DNA from: Candidatus Scatovivens sp.
GTDB taxonomy: Bacteria > Bacillota > Clostridia > TANB77 > CAG-508
Assembly (NCBI GenBank): GCA_051891335.1
Contig: JBJFFD010000044.1
Location: forward strand, 321 to 64,320
Length of the DNA: 64,000 bases
Direction: 5' to 3'
Shown here: piece after piece, positions 44,808 to 55,400 of the stretch
Layout: the number at the start of each line of letters is the position of its first letter
Numbering within the stretch: the stretch's first letter is position 1
The notes under the pieces: model-generated
Seen by the model: only the letters and a program-made list of their open reading frames with translations
Told to the model about the DNA's origin: nothing
Database searches by the model: none
Position numbers and translations under genes: made by a program

Positions 44808-47102
44808 TTAATCTATTACTTCTAGATTTGCAAATTTTGCCATCAATCTTTTATGTCCAACCTTTGAAAACTCAATATCTACTTTTAAGTCATCGTCTTC
44901 TTGTTCAATTTCAGTTATAACGCCCTCTCCAAATTTTTTGTGATATACTGTTACTCCTGTCTTATATTTTCCTAAATCAACACTAATCTCCGGTTTTTTA
45001 TTTATTGAATTTAAAAAGCTATCTGCACTTCTAAAAGCAAAATTAGTATTTATTTTTTGAGCATATTCTGTACTAGTATAAGATTTAATTTTACTTGAAA
45101 ATAATCCGTTAGTATTTCCATATTCCCAATTATATCCTCTGTCTGAATAGTTTGTTTTTCTTTCTTCAAATGCATCTGAATAACCTTCTAGCAATTCTTT
45201 TGGAATTTCTTTCAAAAATCTTGAAGGAGAATTACAACTTGTTGAACCAAATAATGTCCTTTGTTTTGCACATGTTAAAAATAAATTTTCTTTTGCTCTT
45301 GTTATTCCAACATAGCATAATCTTCTTTCTTCTTCTAATTCTTTCTCTTCTCCTATTGATTTATAACCAGGGAATATTCCTTCCTCCATTCCTACTAAAA
45401 ATACCACAGGAAATTCTAGACCTTTGGCACTATGTAATGTCATTAGAGTTACAGAATCCTCACTTTCTTCGACTCCATCTAAATCTGAGCTTAGTGTTAT
45501 TCCTTCTAAAAATTCACTTAAAGAATTATCTGCTGATTCTTCTTCAAATTCAATGGCAACACTCAAAAATTCTTCTAAGTTTTCTATTCTTGTTTCAGCT
45601 TCTGTTGTCCCTTCTAATTCTAAAGCTTTTGTATATCCTGTTTTATTTAGAGTTTCTTTTACTAATTCTGATATTAGGATATTGTCTTTTTTACTAATTA
45701 ACTCGTCTATTACACTAATAAATTCTCTTGTATTTACAAAAACTCTATTTAATCCATATTGTTCTGCATTTTTAATAACTTCATACATTGATATTCCATT
45801 ATCTGATGCAATGTTTTCAATATTTTCTAAGCTTGTTTTTCCAACACCTCTTTTAGGTTCATTTATTATTCTTGTTAAACTTATATTATCGTTTGGATTT
45901 TGTATTAATCTTAAATATGCAATAATATCTTTTATTTCTTTTCTTTCATAGAATTTTAATCCACCAACTATTTTATATGGTATATCTTCTCTTCTTAAAA
46001 TATCCTCTATACTACGAGACTGTGAGTTCATTCTATAAAGAATTGCAAAGTCTGAATATTTATAATATTCCTGTGATTTTAAAGAATTTATTTTTTCAAC
46101 AATATATCTTGCTTCATCATATTCGTCATCTCCAGAATATACTGTTGGAAGTACTCCTTTTTCATTGCTTGTCCATAATTTTTTCTCATATTTTGTTTGA
46201 TTATTTTTTATTACAGAATTTGCTACATCTAAAATGTTACCTGTACATCTATAATTTTGCTCTAATTTTATTATTTTTGTTCCTGGAAAATCTTTTTCAA
46301 AATTCAAAATATTAGAAATATCTGCTCCTCTAAAAGAATAAATTCCTTGGTCATTATCACCAACTACTGTTATATTCCCATATTTTGAAGCTAATAAACT
46401 TACTAGAGTAAATTGAGCTTTATTGGTGTCTTGGTACTCATCAACCAACACATATCTAAATTTGTTTGAATAAAATTCTAATATATCTGGATTATCCAAA
46501 ATTACTTTTATTGTAAAATTTATTATATCATCAAAATCTATTGCATTATTTTCTTTTAAATTTTTTTGATATAATTTATAAATTTTTCCAATTACTTCTT
46601 TTCTCATATCACCAGAATATTTTTTCAAATAATCTTCTGGTTCTAGCATTTCATTTTTTGCATTACTTATTTCATACATTACAGATTTGTCTGAAAAAAG
46701 TTTGTCATCTATTTCTTCTTTTTTTAATATCTTCTTTATCATTGTTTTTTGATCAGATGTATCAAAAATAACAAAAGAACTGTTAAAACCAATTCTATCT
46801 ATTGTTTTCCTTAAAATTCTTACACAAATAGAGTGGAAAGTTCCTATCCACATATCTTTTGCGACATCTCCAATTAACTTTTCAACTCTTTCTTTCATTT
46901 CGTTTGCAGCTTTATTTGTAAATGTTATTGCTAATATATTCCATGGAGCTATATTTTTTTCTTTAATCAAATATGCTATTTTATGTGTTAATACTTTTGT
47001 TTTTCCACTTCCCGCTCCAGCTATTACTAAAGATGGTCCTTCGGTGTTTGTTACTGCTTCATATTGCTTATCATTTAATCCATTTAATAATTCGTTTATC
47101 AT
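44808..47102 (-). CDS. pcrA: ATP-dependent DNA helicase PcrA (UvrD/Rep family)
   Basis: 764 aa. AGAGSGKTKVLTHKIAYL, VDEYQDTN, TLHSAKGLEFPVVF, YVGITRAK. Confidence 0.95.
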   Translation of the reverse strand: MINELLNGLNDKQYEAVTNTEGPSLVIAGAGSGKTKVLTHKIAYLIKEKNIAPWNILAITFTNKAANEMKERVEKLIGDVAKDMWIGTFHSICVRILRKTIDRIGFNSSFVIFDTSDQKTMIKKILKKEEIDDKLFSDKSVMYEISNAKNEMLEPEDYLKKYSGDMRKEVIGKIYKLYQKNLKENNAIDFDDIINFTIKVILDNPDILEFYSNKFRYVLVDEYQDTNKAQFTLVSLLASKYGNITVVGDNDQGIYSFRGADISNILNFEKDFPGTKIIKLEQNYRCTGNILDVANSVIKNNQTKYEKKLWTSNEKGVLPTVYSGDDEYDEARYIVEKINSLKSQEYYKYSDFAILYRMNSQSRSIEDILRREDIPYKIVGGLKFYERKEIKDIIAYLRLIQNPNDNISLTRIINEPKRGVGKTSLENIENIASDNGISMYEVIKNAEQYGLNRVFVNTREFISVIDELISKKDNILISELVKETLNKTGYTKALELEGTTEAETRIENLEEFLSVAIEFEEESADNSLSEFLEGITLSSDLDGVEESEDSVTLMTLHSAKGLEFPVVFLVGMEEGIFPGYKSIGEEKELEEERRLCYVGITRAKENLFLTCAKQRTLFGSTSCNSPSRFLKEIPKELLEGYSDAFEERKTNYSDRGYNWEYGNTNGLFSSKIKSYTSTEYAQKINTNFAFRSADSFLNSINKKPEISVDLGKYKTGVTVYHKKFGEGVITEIEQEDDDLKVDIEFSKVGHKRLMAKFANLEVID

Positions 47103-47243
47103 TTATTTCTCCTTCATAGAACTTCTGTTTGAAATTATATAATTATATTAAAAAATAGTCAACAAATTTTCTTCTTTTAGATTGAAAAAAAAATATATTA
47201 TATTTATAATATATTTGTAGATTATTTTACAAAGGAGAAACTT

Positions 47244-47846
47244 ATGAAAAATATTGAAAAAAAACATATATCTGAGAAAACAGCTGTAAAAGCAATTATT
47301 ACAGGTTTTGTATCCTATGGAATTTTGATAAGCTTTATTTTTTTATTAATAGCTATTTTATTTATATATTTGTCTAATAATATAGAAACTTCAAATGAAT
47401 TACTTTTAAACTTCTGCACTTCTCTTTTTATAGCTATTCTTATTTATATTGTTATTCACTTAATTTGCAAACTGAGTACTATTGATTTATTAAGAAAATG
47501 CAAATTTGAAAAAGAAAAAGAAAGTTTTGTATGTAAAAAACTAAATCTATTTTATTTACTTTGTGCACTATTTTTTATATTAGTAATTCTTAGCAGTTTA
47601 TATGTTAGATTTTCAAATCAATTATACCAAATAAATATATCTTATCAGAAAAACCTAAGTGACTTTTCAAATACAGATTTTGCTTTTAATTTTGCTAATG
47701 CTTATAAGGAAGAAGCTTTAGAAGAATTTTACTATAATAGAAAAAATACATTATTAGTATCTGTTATGATAGAGATAGGAATAGTTTATTCTTTTATTTC
47801 TTTAATTCCATATCAGAAAAAAATGTTAGATATTTATAATAAATAA
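47244..47846 (+). CDS. Hypothetical membrane protein
   Basis: 200 aa with about 4 TM helices. AAAGGAG RBS. Confidence 0.7.
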   Translation: MKNIEKKHISEKTAVKAIITGFVSYGILISFIFLLIAILFIYLSNNIETSNELLLNFCTSLFIAILIYIVIHLICKLSTIDLLRKCKFEKEKESFVCKKLNLFYLLCALFFILVILSSLYVRFSNQLYQINISYQKNLSDFSNTDFAFNFANAYKEEALEEFYYNRKNTLLVSVMIEIGIVYSFISLIPYQKKMLDIYNK

Positions 47847-48003
47847 CAAAAGAGGCATGATTAAAATTCTTTAACATTTTAGAGAACTTTTCATGCCGCG
47901 TCTTTGTTCGCCCGCGAAAATTTCTTAAAAAATTTTCTGTGGAATGTAGGCGAAGCCTTTATATAATAGGAATTGCAGAGCAATTTTCTATTATATAAAA
48001 AAA
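47846..48003 (+). repeat. Dispersed composite-hairpin intergenic element, copy 2
   Basis: See 24491-24630; same blocks in the same order and orientation. Confidence 0.7.
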
Positions 48004-48194
48004 TTTAATTTTTTATATCCGTCGGAGCTTTTGCTAATATACACAAAGTCTCTTAGCTCCGTAACAATTCAAGAGTGATTTCATTAGTTGCTTTTGAGCA
48101 AAAAACTCTGGCTCTTTTGCTAGAGTTTTTTGTTTTTTATATTTCTTTTTATACTAATACTTTTAATCTTTTGTTATTTTCTTTTATTATATCA

Positions 48195-48926
48195 TCATAA
48201 TATTTTTATAAATATTCCCAATATTATACCTATCATATTTCCTAATGATGAAAATCTTCCTTTATATAATCTATTTGACTCTGGAATTAATTCACAGGAG
48301 GTAATATATAACATTGTTCCAGCAGCAAATGCTAATGATAATCCTATTAGTTCTTTTGATATAGTTCCAATAATTGCTCCTGCTAATGCACCTAATCCTG
48401 TAGTTAATCCTGATATTGCAGTTAGTATTATTACTTTTTTCTTATTAAATCCACCTTTACTCATAGGTACCGCCATTGATATTCCTTCTGGAAAGTCATG
48501 TATAGCGATAGCTATTGCTAAAGATAATCCCAATTGATTAGAAACTTCAAATCCAGAACCTATTGCTAATCCTTCTGGAAAATTATGTATTGTTAATCCA
48601 ATGCCTATTATAATTCCCATTTTTAACAAGCTGTTATATTTCGAACTATTCTTATTTAGTTTTGTTATAAAATTATCACAGAAAATCATTGATATTATTC
48701 CTAATATTATTCCTAATATACAAATTCCTATTGATATAATCTCTAAAGCTTCTGGAATTAAATCAAAACATATTATTGATGTCATTAAACCTGCCGCAAA
48801 TTCTAATACAAAACTTAAATATTTGTTTGACGTTATCTTTACGTTTGCTCCAACTATTCCTCCTAATGTAGTTCCTATCATTCCAAAGATTAAACCTAAA
48901 GTCGTTATATTAAAAATTTCCTTCAT
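48195..48926 (-). CDS. zupT: ZIP-family divalent metal (zinc) transporter
   Basis: 243 aa, polytopic. HNFPEGLAIG and HDFPEGISMA motifs. Confidence 0.85.
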   Translation of the reverse strand: MKEIFNITTLGLIFGMIGTTLGGIVGANVKITSNKYLSFVLEFAAGLMTSIICFDLIPEALEIISIGICILGIILGIISMIFCDNFITKLNKNSSKYNSLLKMGIIIGIGLTIHNFPEGLAIGSGFEVSNQLGLSLAIAIAIHDFPEGISMAVPMSKGGFNKKKVIILTAISGLTTGLGALAGAIIGTISKELIGLSLAFAAGTMLYITSCELIPESNRLYKGRFSSLGNMIGIILGIFIKIL

Positions 48927-48970
48927 ACAAAAAACCTCTCATAATAATATTATTATGAGAGGTTTTTTGT
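48927..48970 (-). promoter_or_regulatory. Perfect 20-bp-stem hairpin plus U-run ending 2 nt before the ZIP start codon, enclosing its SD
   Basis: Minus strand: ACAAAAAACCTCTCATAATAAT/ATTATTATGAGAGGTTTTTTGT-ATG. GAGAGG is the only SD candidate and lies in the 3' arm. Confidence 0.6.
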
Positions 48971-49196
48971 TTTATTCTTTAAATTAGTTACTCTTAGACA
49001 ATAGCTGTATTCTAAAGATTAAAATATCATAATCATAAAAACATGCTTCATACCCTTTTATTATTTAATACTCAAACAAAACATTTTCAGTATATCTTAT
49101 TATATAAATTTACTATAAACTTTTTTCTCATAAGAAATTCAAAAAAATTTATCTTATGCTAGTCCATACTTTGTTGGAGTTTATGCTCTATAAGTA

Positions 49197-49649
49197 TTAT
49201 ACAAATTTATTTAAGATCCTTTTTATAAAATTTACTACTTTATGATAAAAATTTTCTTTTTTCACTTCAACAAGAAGATTATTTGAGACTTTCTCCTTTT
49301 CACTATTCTTCTTAAATATATTATCTGGGTTATATCTTTCTATCTTTTCTTTTTCTATTTGCATTCTACTCCAATTTTGTTTTTCAATAATTTTTTGTTT
49401 TTGATATGGCGTAGCCCAATAGTCTCTAAATAAAATTGCTAAGATTAATTTGGCTCTTTTAGAAATTTCTTGTTCTTCAAATTCCTTTTTTAAATCGTAT
49501 CTAAATTGATGTTCATTATTACAATTATTTTGAAACATATCAATCATGTCTTTTGGAATTTTATCATAATCATATTTTGGCATATGATTTAGAACCTCTA
49601 AAACTTCACTATAAGCATTTGCATATTCTATACTTACATTTCTGTTCAT
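49197..49649 (-). CDS. Hypothetical 150-aa protein
   Basis: Its start overlaps the upstream stop (TAATG), which suggests translational coupling. Confidence 0.65.
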   Translation of the reverse strand: MNRNVSIEYANAYSEVLEVLNHMPKYDYDKIPKDMIDMFQNNCNNEHQFRYDLKKEFEEQEISKRAKLILAILFRDYWATPYQKQKIIEKQNWSRMQIEKEKIERYNPDNIFKKNSEKEKVSNNLLVEVKKENFYHKVVNFIKRILNKFV

Positions 49650-51256
49650 TAATCATCTGCTCCTTTATTTTGTTCATTTGTTTCTTTATCTTTTATTAAA
49701 TGGTTACTTAACGTTTTATTTGTTTTATCTATTTCTGATACTTGTTCTGCTTCCCCTATTGTTCCTTTTCCAACTTTTTGAGAGTTAGGGTATTTTTCTC
49801 CTTGTTCTTTATTAAAATATTCCATTACCCTTTTACTAAATTTTTCTCTAAATTGCTCTATATATTCTTCATATCCTTCAAAATTTCTTATAGCATCTTT
49901 TCCACCATTTATTTTTAAAATATCATTAAAACTTCTTGAACTTTCTGAATACATAGTTCCTAAAATTTCATCTCTATTCTGAAGGTTTTCTATAAAAGCT
50001 TCTATAAATCTATCTTGATAGTCTTCTGGAATTTTTCTTCCCGTCATTTCATACGCATCTTGTATCACTTTCATATTTGATGCAAATAAATATATCTGGT
50101 TATAATATAAACTTATATCTTTCATTATATATTTATAGTGTTTATCATTTTCACTAATATTTTTTGAATATATGATACTTTTATTAATATCGTCATATGC
50201 ATCATCACACATTTCTCCTGATAAAGAAAAGTCTTGTCTATGTGCCCAATTGTTGTATGCTAATCCCAAATTCATAAATCCTGCCAAATTTTTTCCCATT
50301 GTTTCTGCATATAATACAATATAATCTTTATCATACTTTTCACTTGTATAATCTAAAATAGCTTGTATGCTATCTATCCTTCCATTGTCTATAACATGTG
50401 CTAAATCCATAATTCTAAATGGATTTTCTAATATTCTAGTTGTTTGTCCAAAAGTTGCTCCTAGTTCATATTCTTCGTCTTGTTTTCTTATTGCTGCTTC
50501 TAAGTCTGGAATATCTTTAATTTTATCGTAGTCTTCTTCTGATAATCCCAAAAAGAATTCTTCCCATTTTTGATTTTTTACGTCTACAGGCATTCCTATA
50601 TCTTGCATATATTTCAAACATGTATAAGCATAATTTCCAAAGTTACCACCAGTTTTTTTTCTCTCTATATAATCTTCTTCCCTTAATTGAGTTATAAAGT
50701 CTTCTGTAATTTTTTCTGCGCTTGGTAATCTTGCACTTTTACAAAATTCTGCACTAAAAGCTTTGATTTCAATTATTTTTGGAAATTTTATAATTTTATC
50801 TTTATCTTTTGCCTGCGTTTCTTCTAATTTTTGTTTTTCATTTATAAGATTTTGTAATTGAGATGCTCCTCTTACTCTTATCTCGGAAGCTTGATTTTGA
50901 AAAACTGTTACTGTAATAGTATACGGATGTTCATTATATCCTAATAATCTTGAAACATCATACACTTGTGCATTTACTTTTCCAATTGCAATATTATCTA
51001 CATCATTTAATCTTGAATCTACTCCTTTAAAATTAATTATTTCTCCATTACTTCCTAATGTAAAAATCCCTCTTCCCATAGAATAAGTATTATAAGCAAG
51101 ATTTTCAAAGTTTCCGCTTTCTAGTATTTTATTATATTGTTCTTGTGATATTGGCATATAAACTTTAACACCATTTTCTTCTCTAAAAGTTCCTGGCACT
51201 ATAGTATTACTATCTACTAATTTCTTCATTTTTTTATGTTGTTCTATTATAGACAT
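49649..51256 (-). CDS. Hypothetical 535-aa protein
   Basis: Long ORF. No motif recognised. Confidence 0.7.
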   Translation of the reverse strand: MSIIEQHKKMKKLVDSNTIVPGTFREENGVKVYMPISQEQYNKILESGNFENLAYNTYSMGRGIFTLGSNGEIINFKGVDSRLNDVDNIAIGKVNAQVYDVSRLLGYNEHPYTITVTVFQNQASEIRVRGASQLQNLINEKQKLEETQAKDKDKIIKFPKIIEIKAFSAEFCKSARLPSAEKITEDFITQLREEDYIERKKTGGNFGNYAYTCLKYMQDIGMPVDVKNQKWEEFFLGLSEEDYDKIKDIPDLEAAIRKQDEEYELGATFGQTTRILENPFRIMDLAHVIDNGRIDSIQAILDYTSEKYDKDYIVLYAETMGKNLAGFMNLGLAYNNWAHRQDFSLSGEMCDDAYDDINKSIIYSKNISENDKHYKYIMKDISLYYNQIYLFASNMKVIQDAYEMTGRKIPEDYQDRFIEAFIENLQNRDEILGTMYSESSRSFNDILKINGGKDAIRNFEGYEEYIEQFREKFSKRVMEYFNKEQGEKYPNSQKVGKGTIGEAEQVSEIDKTNKTLSNHLIKDKETNEQNKGADD

Positions 51257-51498
51257 CTAAATCACCTACTTCATGTAATTTTTCAAAAGCTATTAACTTT
51301 TGAAAAAATCACGTATTTAATTCATATAATATAATACATTTTTTATATTTTCTTTTATTTAATATTATATCAAATATTTAATAAAAATCAATCACACTAT
51401 AAAGTCTAATACAAGAAAAAAATTTTCATAAAGTATATCTAATCAACTTTTCATATTATTTATATTATAGTAAATTCGGAGTTTCCTATAATATAAAA

Positions 51499-51533
51499 CA
51501 AAAATCTCATAATAAATATTATGAGATTTTTTG
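51499..51533 (-). terminator. Terminator downstream of the cohesin-like gene
   Basis: AAAATCTCATAATA...TATTATGAGATTTT. Confidence 0.7.
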
Positions 51534-51537
51534 GTTC

Positions 51538-52446
51538 TTATATTAATTTTTTTAATTTAATAAATAGTATTAAAACTAGTCCTATAGCAACTAAAATAAT
51601 TATTGAAGTAATATAAACTTTATTAATTTTCTCACTTGGATTTGTTTCTTCTTTTTTTATTTCATTTGTCTTATCAAGAATATTACTACTTTCATTTTTG
51701 TCAATATTGTTTAATTCCGTTGTATCATTCACTTTAGCATTTTCTTCTATTTGCTCACTATTCTCCTCATTATTAAGTTTGATATCTTCTGGTTGTGTTT
51801 TACTTTCAGTAGTTGCCTTATTTTTTTTAGTTTGTTTAGTATTTTTAGTAGTCACATTAGGCGTTGTTACTTGAGATTGAGATTGGTCTTCCGGCTCTTC
51901 TGAATTTATAACTGTATTATTTTCTTGTTGATCTAATTCTGAATTTTCTGTTTCTGGATTTTCTATTTCTGGTTTGGATTCCTCTGGAGCTTGTTTATAA
52001 ACTTCTAAATAAATTTGATTTTCAGGTGCAGTTACTTCATCACCATTTGAAGAAGTTAAAACATTTTTTATTTTTATTGCTGAATTTCCAACTTGTGCAC
52101 TTTCTTTTACTTTAAATGTAATTTCTGCAATTGTTTCTGTTTGAGTAACATTTCCTGACTTAGAAGCTACTATTCCTGTTTTGTCACTAGAAATGCTTCC
52201 TATCCAATTTGAACACCAGTTAATATTTTGAAATTCAAATATATTTTTATTATACTCTAGTTTTGCTTCTACTGCTTTTTGTTCGCCTGGTCTGACAAAA
52301 TTATTTACACTTATTTTTATAGTAAAGTTTTCTTTTGATTGAACTTTGCTTTTATCTGTATTCAAACTCATACTAACTCCAGAAGCCATACACGTAATTG
52401 TCATACACCAAAGTAAAATTATAAATATTACAAATGTTTTTTTCAT
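51538..52446 (-). CDS. Membrane-anchored cohesin-like domain protein
   Basis: Signal peptide, then a beta-rich domain of about 140 aa (FTIKISVNNF...AVEAKLEYNKNIFEF...IAEITFKVKESAQVGNSAIKIKNV), an acidic/polar linker and a C-terminal TM helix. Confidence 0.55.
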   Translation of the reverse strand: MKKTFVIFIILLWCMTITCMASGVSMSLNTDKSKVQSKENFTIKISVNNFVRPGEQKAVEAKLEYNKNIFEFQNINWCSNWIGSISSDKTGIVASKSGNVTQTETIAEITFKVKESAQVGNSAIKIKNVLTSSNGDEVTAPENQIYLEVYKQAPEESKPEIENPETENSELDQQENNTVINSEEPEDQSQSQVTTPNVTTKNTKQTKKNKATTESKTQPEDIKLNNEENSEQIEENAKVNDTTELNNIDKNESSNILDKTNEIKKEETNPSEKINKVYITSIIILVAIGLVLILFIKLKKLI

Positions 52447-52464
52447 TATTATTGTTTCCCTTCT

Positions 52465-55400
52465 CTATTTTTTTTCAGCTATCAGCATACTCATTCTAGT
52501 TATATCTACTACATTTATTCTTCCATCACCATTTATATCAGCAGCTTTTGCATATGCTTGTTTTAGAATTTTACTTTCATCTTTTGCTTCTGTTCCTAAG
52601 CTTTCTGAAATACTAAGCATCATTGTTGTCAAATCACTTACATTACATTTTCCGTTTCCATTACAATCGCCTTTTACAATTAAAACATATTCTTTAATCT
52701 GTCCATTTAAACTTACTTTTAATTTCATTCCTGTTTTTACTATGTCACTACTATTACTTACTTTTTGATCTTTATTATCAAAAAATTCTATATTAGAATT
52801 TGTGTTAATGTTTAATAACATTTTTTCTATTGTAGTTTCACTTAATATACCATTTAAATAATTTGTATTTCCCTCTTGCTCTTCTACATATTCTATGAAT
52901 TCAATATTATCTATAACTTTTTCTATAACTTTAATTGGTATTTTAATCTGTTTTGTTACTTCTTTCTCTGTATATTCTACTGTTACTTCTGTTTGTCCTA
53001 ATTGAAGATTTTTTCCATCTTCTATTGTGTAATTTGTAATTTCTTCTTCTATTCCATTATCATATTTTGCCATTACTTTTAGTCCTGTTGAATCAAAATT
53101 TTGACCCTCTATATAATTTACTTTTTCAGGAGCACTTATAATTTCAATTGAAACTAAAGTTTTTTTCACTACAGTAATTGCAATTTTTACTTGTTTTGTT
53201 ATCCCTTTTTCAGTATATTCTACTATTACTTCTGTTTGTCCTAATTGTAGATTATCTCCATCTTTTATTGTGTAATTTGTAATTTCTTTTTCTGTTTCAT
53301 TATCATATTTTGCTATAATTCTTAGTCCTGTAGAGTCAAAACTTTGGTCTTCTATGTAGCTTACTTTTTTAGCATCTTCTAAAATATCAATTGAACTTAA
53401 GCTTTTTTCTAGTACTGTTATTGATATTTTGGCTTGTTTTGTTATTTCCTTTTCTGTATATTCTAAAGTTACTTCATCTTGTTCTAATTGTAAATTTTCT
53501 CCATTTTTTATTATATAGTTCGTAATTTCTTTTTCTGCCCCATTATCATATTTTGCTATTACTTTTAGTCCTGTTGAATCAAATTCTTGTCCTTCTATAT
53601 ACCTTACTTTTTCAGGAGCACTTACTATTTCTATTGAAGCTAAAGTTTTTTCTACTACAGAAATTTCAATTTTTGTTTGTTTTGTTACTTCTCTTTCTGT
53701 ATATTCTATAATTACTTCAGTTTGTCCTAATTGTAAGTTTTCTCCATTTTTTATTATATAATTTGTAATTTCCTCTTTTCTTCCATTATCATATTTTGCA
53801 ATAATTTTTAATCCTGTAGAATCAAAGCTTTGACCTTCTATGTAACTTACTTTTTCAGGAGTACTTTCTATTTCTATTGAAATTAAAGTTTTTTCTACTA
53901 CCGTAATTTCAATTTTTTCTTGTTTTGTTACTTCGTTTTTTGTATATTCTACTATTACTTCAGTTTGCCCTAATTGTAAGTTCTCTCCATTTTTTATTAT
54001 ATAGTCTTTAATTTCATCTTCTGATTCATTATCAAATTTTGCTATAACTTTTAATCCTGCAGAATCAAAGTCTTGTCCTTCTATGTAATTTACTTTTTCA
54101 GGAGCAATTCTTATTTCTATTGAAACTAAAGTTTTCTCTACTACTATTATTGATATTTTTACCTGTTTTGTTATTTCTTTTTCTGTATATTCTACTATTA
54201 CTTCAGTTTGTCCTAATTGTAGGTTTTCTCCATTTTTCACTACATAATCTGTAACTTCTTTTTCTGTTCCATCATTATATTTTGCCATTACTTTTAATCC
54301 TGTTGAATCAAAGTTTTGACCTTCTATATAATTTATTTTTTCAGGATTGCTTCCTATTTCTATTTTGTTTAGGCTTTTTTCTATTACCTCTATTGGAATT
54401 TTTATTTGTTTTGTAACATCATTTTCTGTATATTCTACTGTTACTTCTGTTTGACCAAGTTGCAGATTTTCTCCTCTATAAACTGTACAATTATTAATAT
54501 CTAATAGATATGATTTTCCATTATCATATTCGCCCATAAGTTCTAAACCACTTATATCAAAATTTTGACCTTCAATATAGGTTGTTTTGTTTGGATTTGT
54601 ATTAATAACTAAATTTTGCAAAGTTTTTTGTTTTACTGTTATCGGAATATTTTGCTCTAATTCAGCTTGATTTATTTTATATTTTAATTTTACTTCTGTT
54701 TGATTTAAAGTTAATTCTGTACCATTTTCAATTTCATAATCATCTACTTCAATTGTTCTATCATTTAAATAAGTAATTTTCGCAACAGTCCCTTCTGGAT
54801 TAAAATTTTCTCCTTCTATGTATTCTAATTTGTCAGGCATTTTAGTTATTTCAAAGTTTTTAATTTCTTGTCCTTGTAGACGATAAATTTGTATATAACT
54901 TGTTCCATCATATGGGCCACCTTTTACTATTACATACATTGCCCTATATTCATTTTTATGACTTATAGTAATATCTAAATTTGGATAATATTTAATTCTA
55001 TTATTTTCTTTATCAAGCAATAATTCTACAGGTTCTTTATCTCCTGAATAATCGATTTCAAAATCAAAATAGTTTTCTGATTTATTTATTACATCAAATA
55101 ACATATAAGCTTCTACACTTGACTGCTCATTTTCTAGGATATTCTCAAAATATATTGGAATATCATAATCACCACCATAATTTTGTACACCCCAGTAACC
55201 ATTTGTTCTATTATTTATTATTTTCAAACCAGTATTTTTAAATTCATTCATAAGTGTTTTCACTTCTTGATTTAATTCATCATTATATGTTCCACTTATA
55301 TCTATTGTTTTTAAGTTTTTTAATGATGATAAATTGTTTATTTTGTTTAATTCATAATTACCTTTTAAATTGATTTCTTCTAAGTTTTCAAACACTTCTA

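Noticed and set aside
49020-49045. Zur box upstream of the ZIP transporter gene.
   Set aside because: AAATATCATAATCATAAAA matches only one half of the Firmicute Zur consensus (AAATCGTAATnATTACGATTT) as I remember it. That is too weak to annotate, so it is mentioned only inside the hairpin finding.
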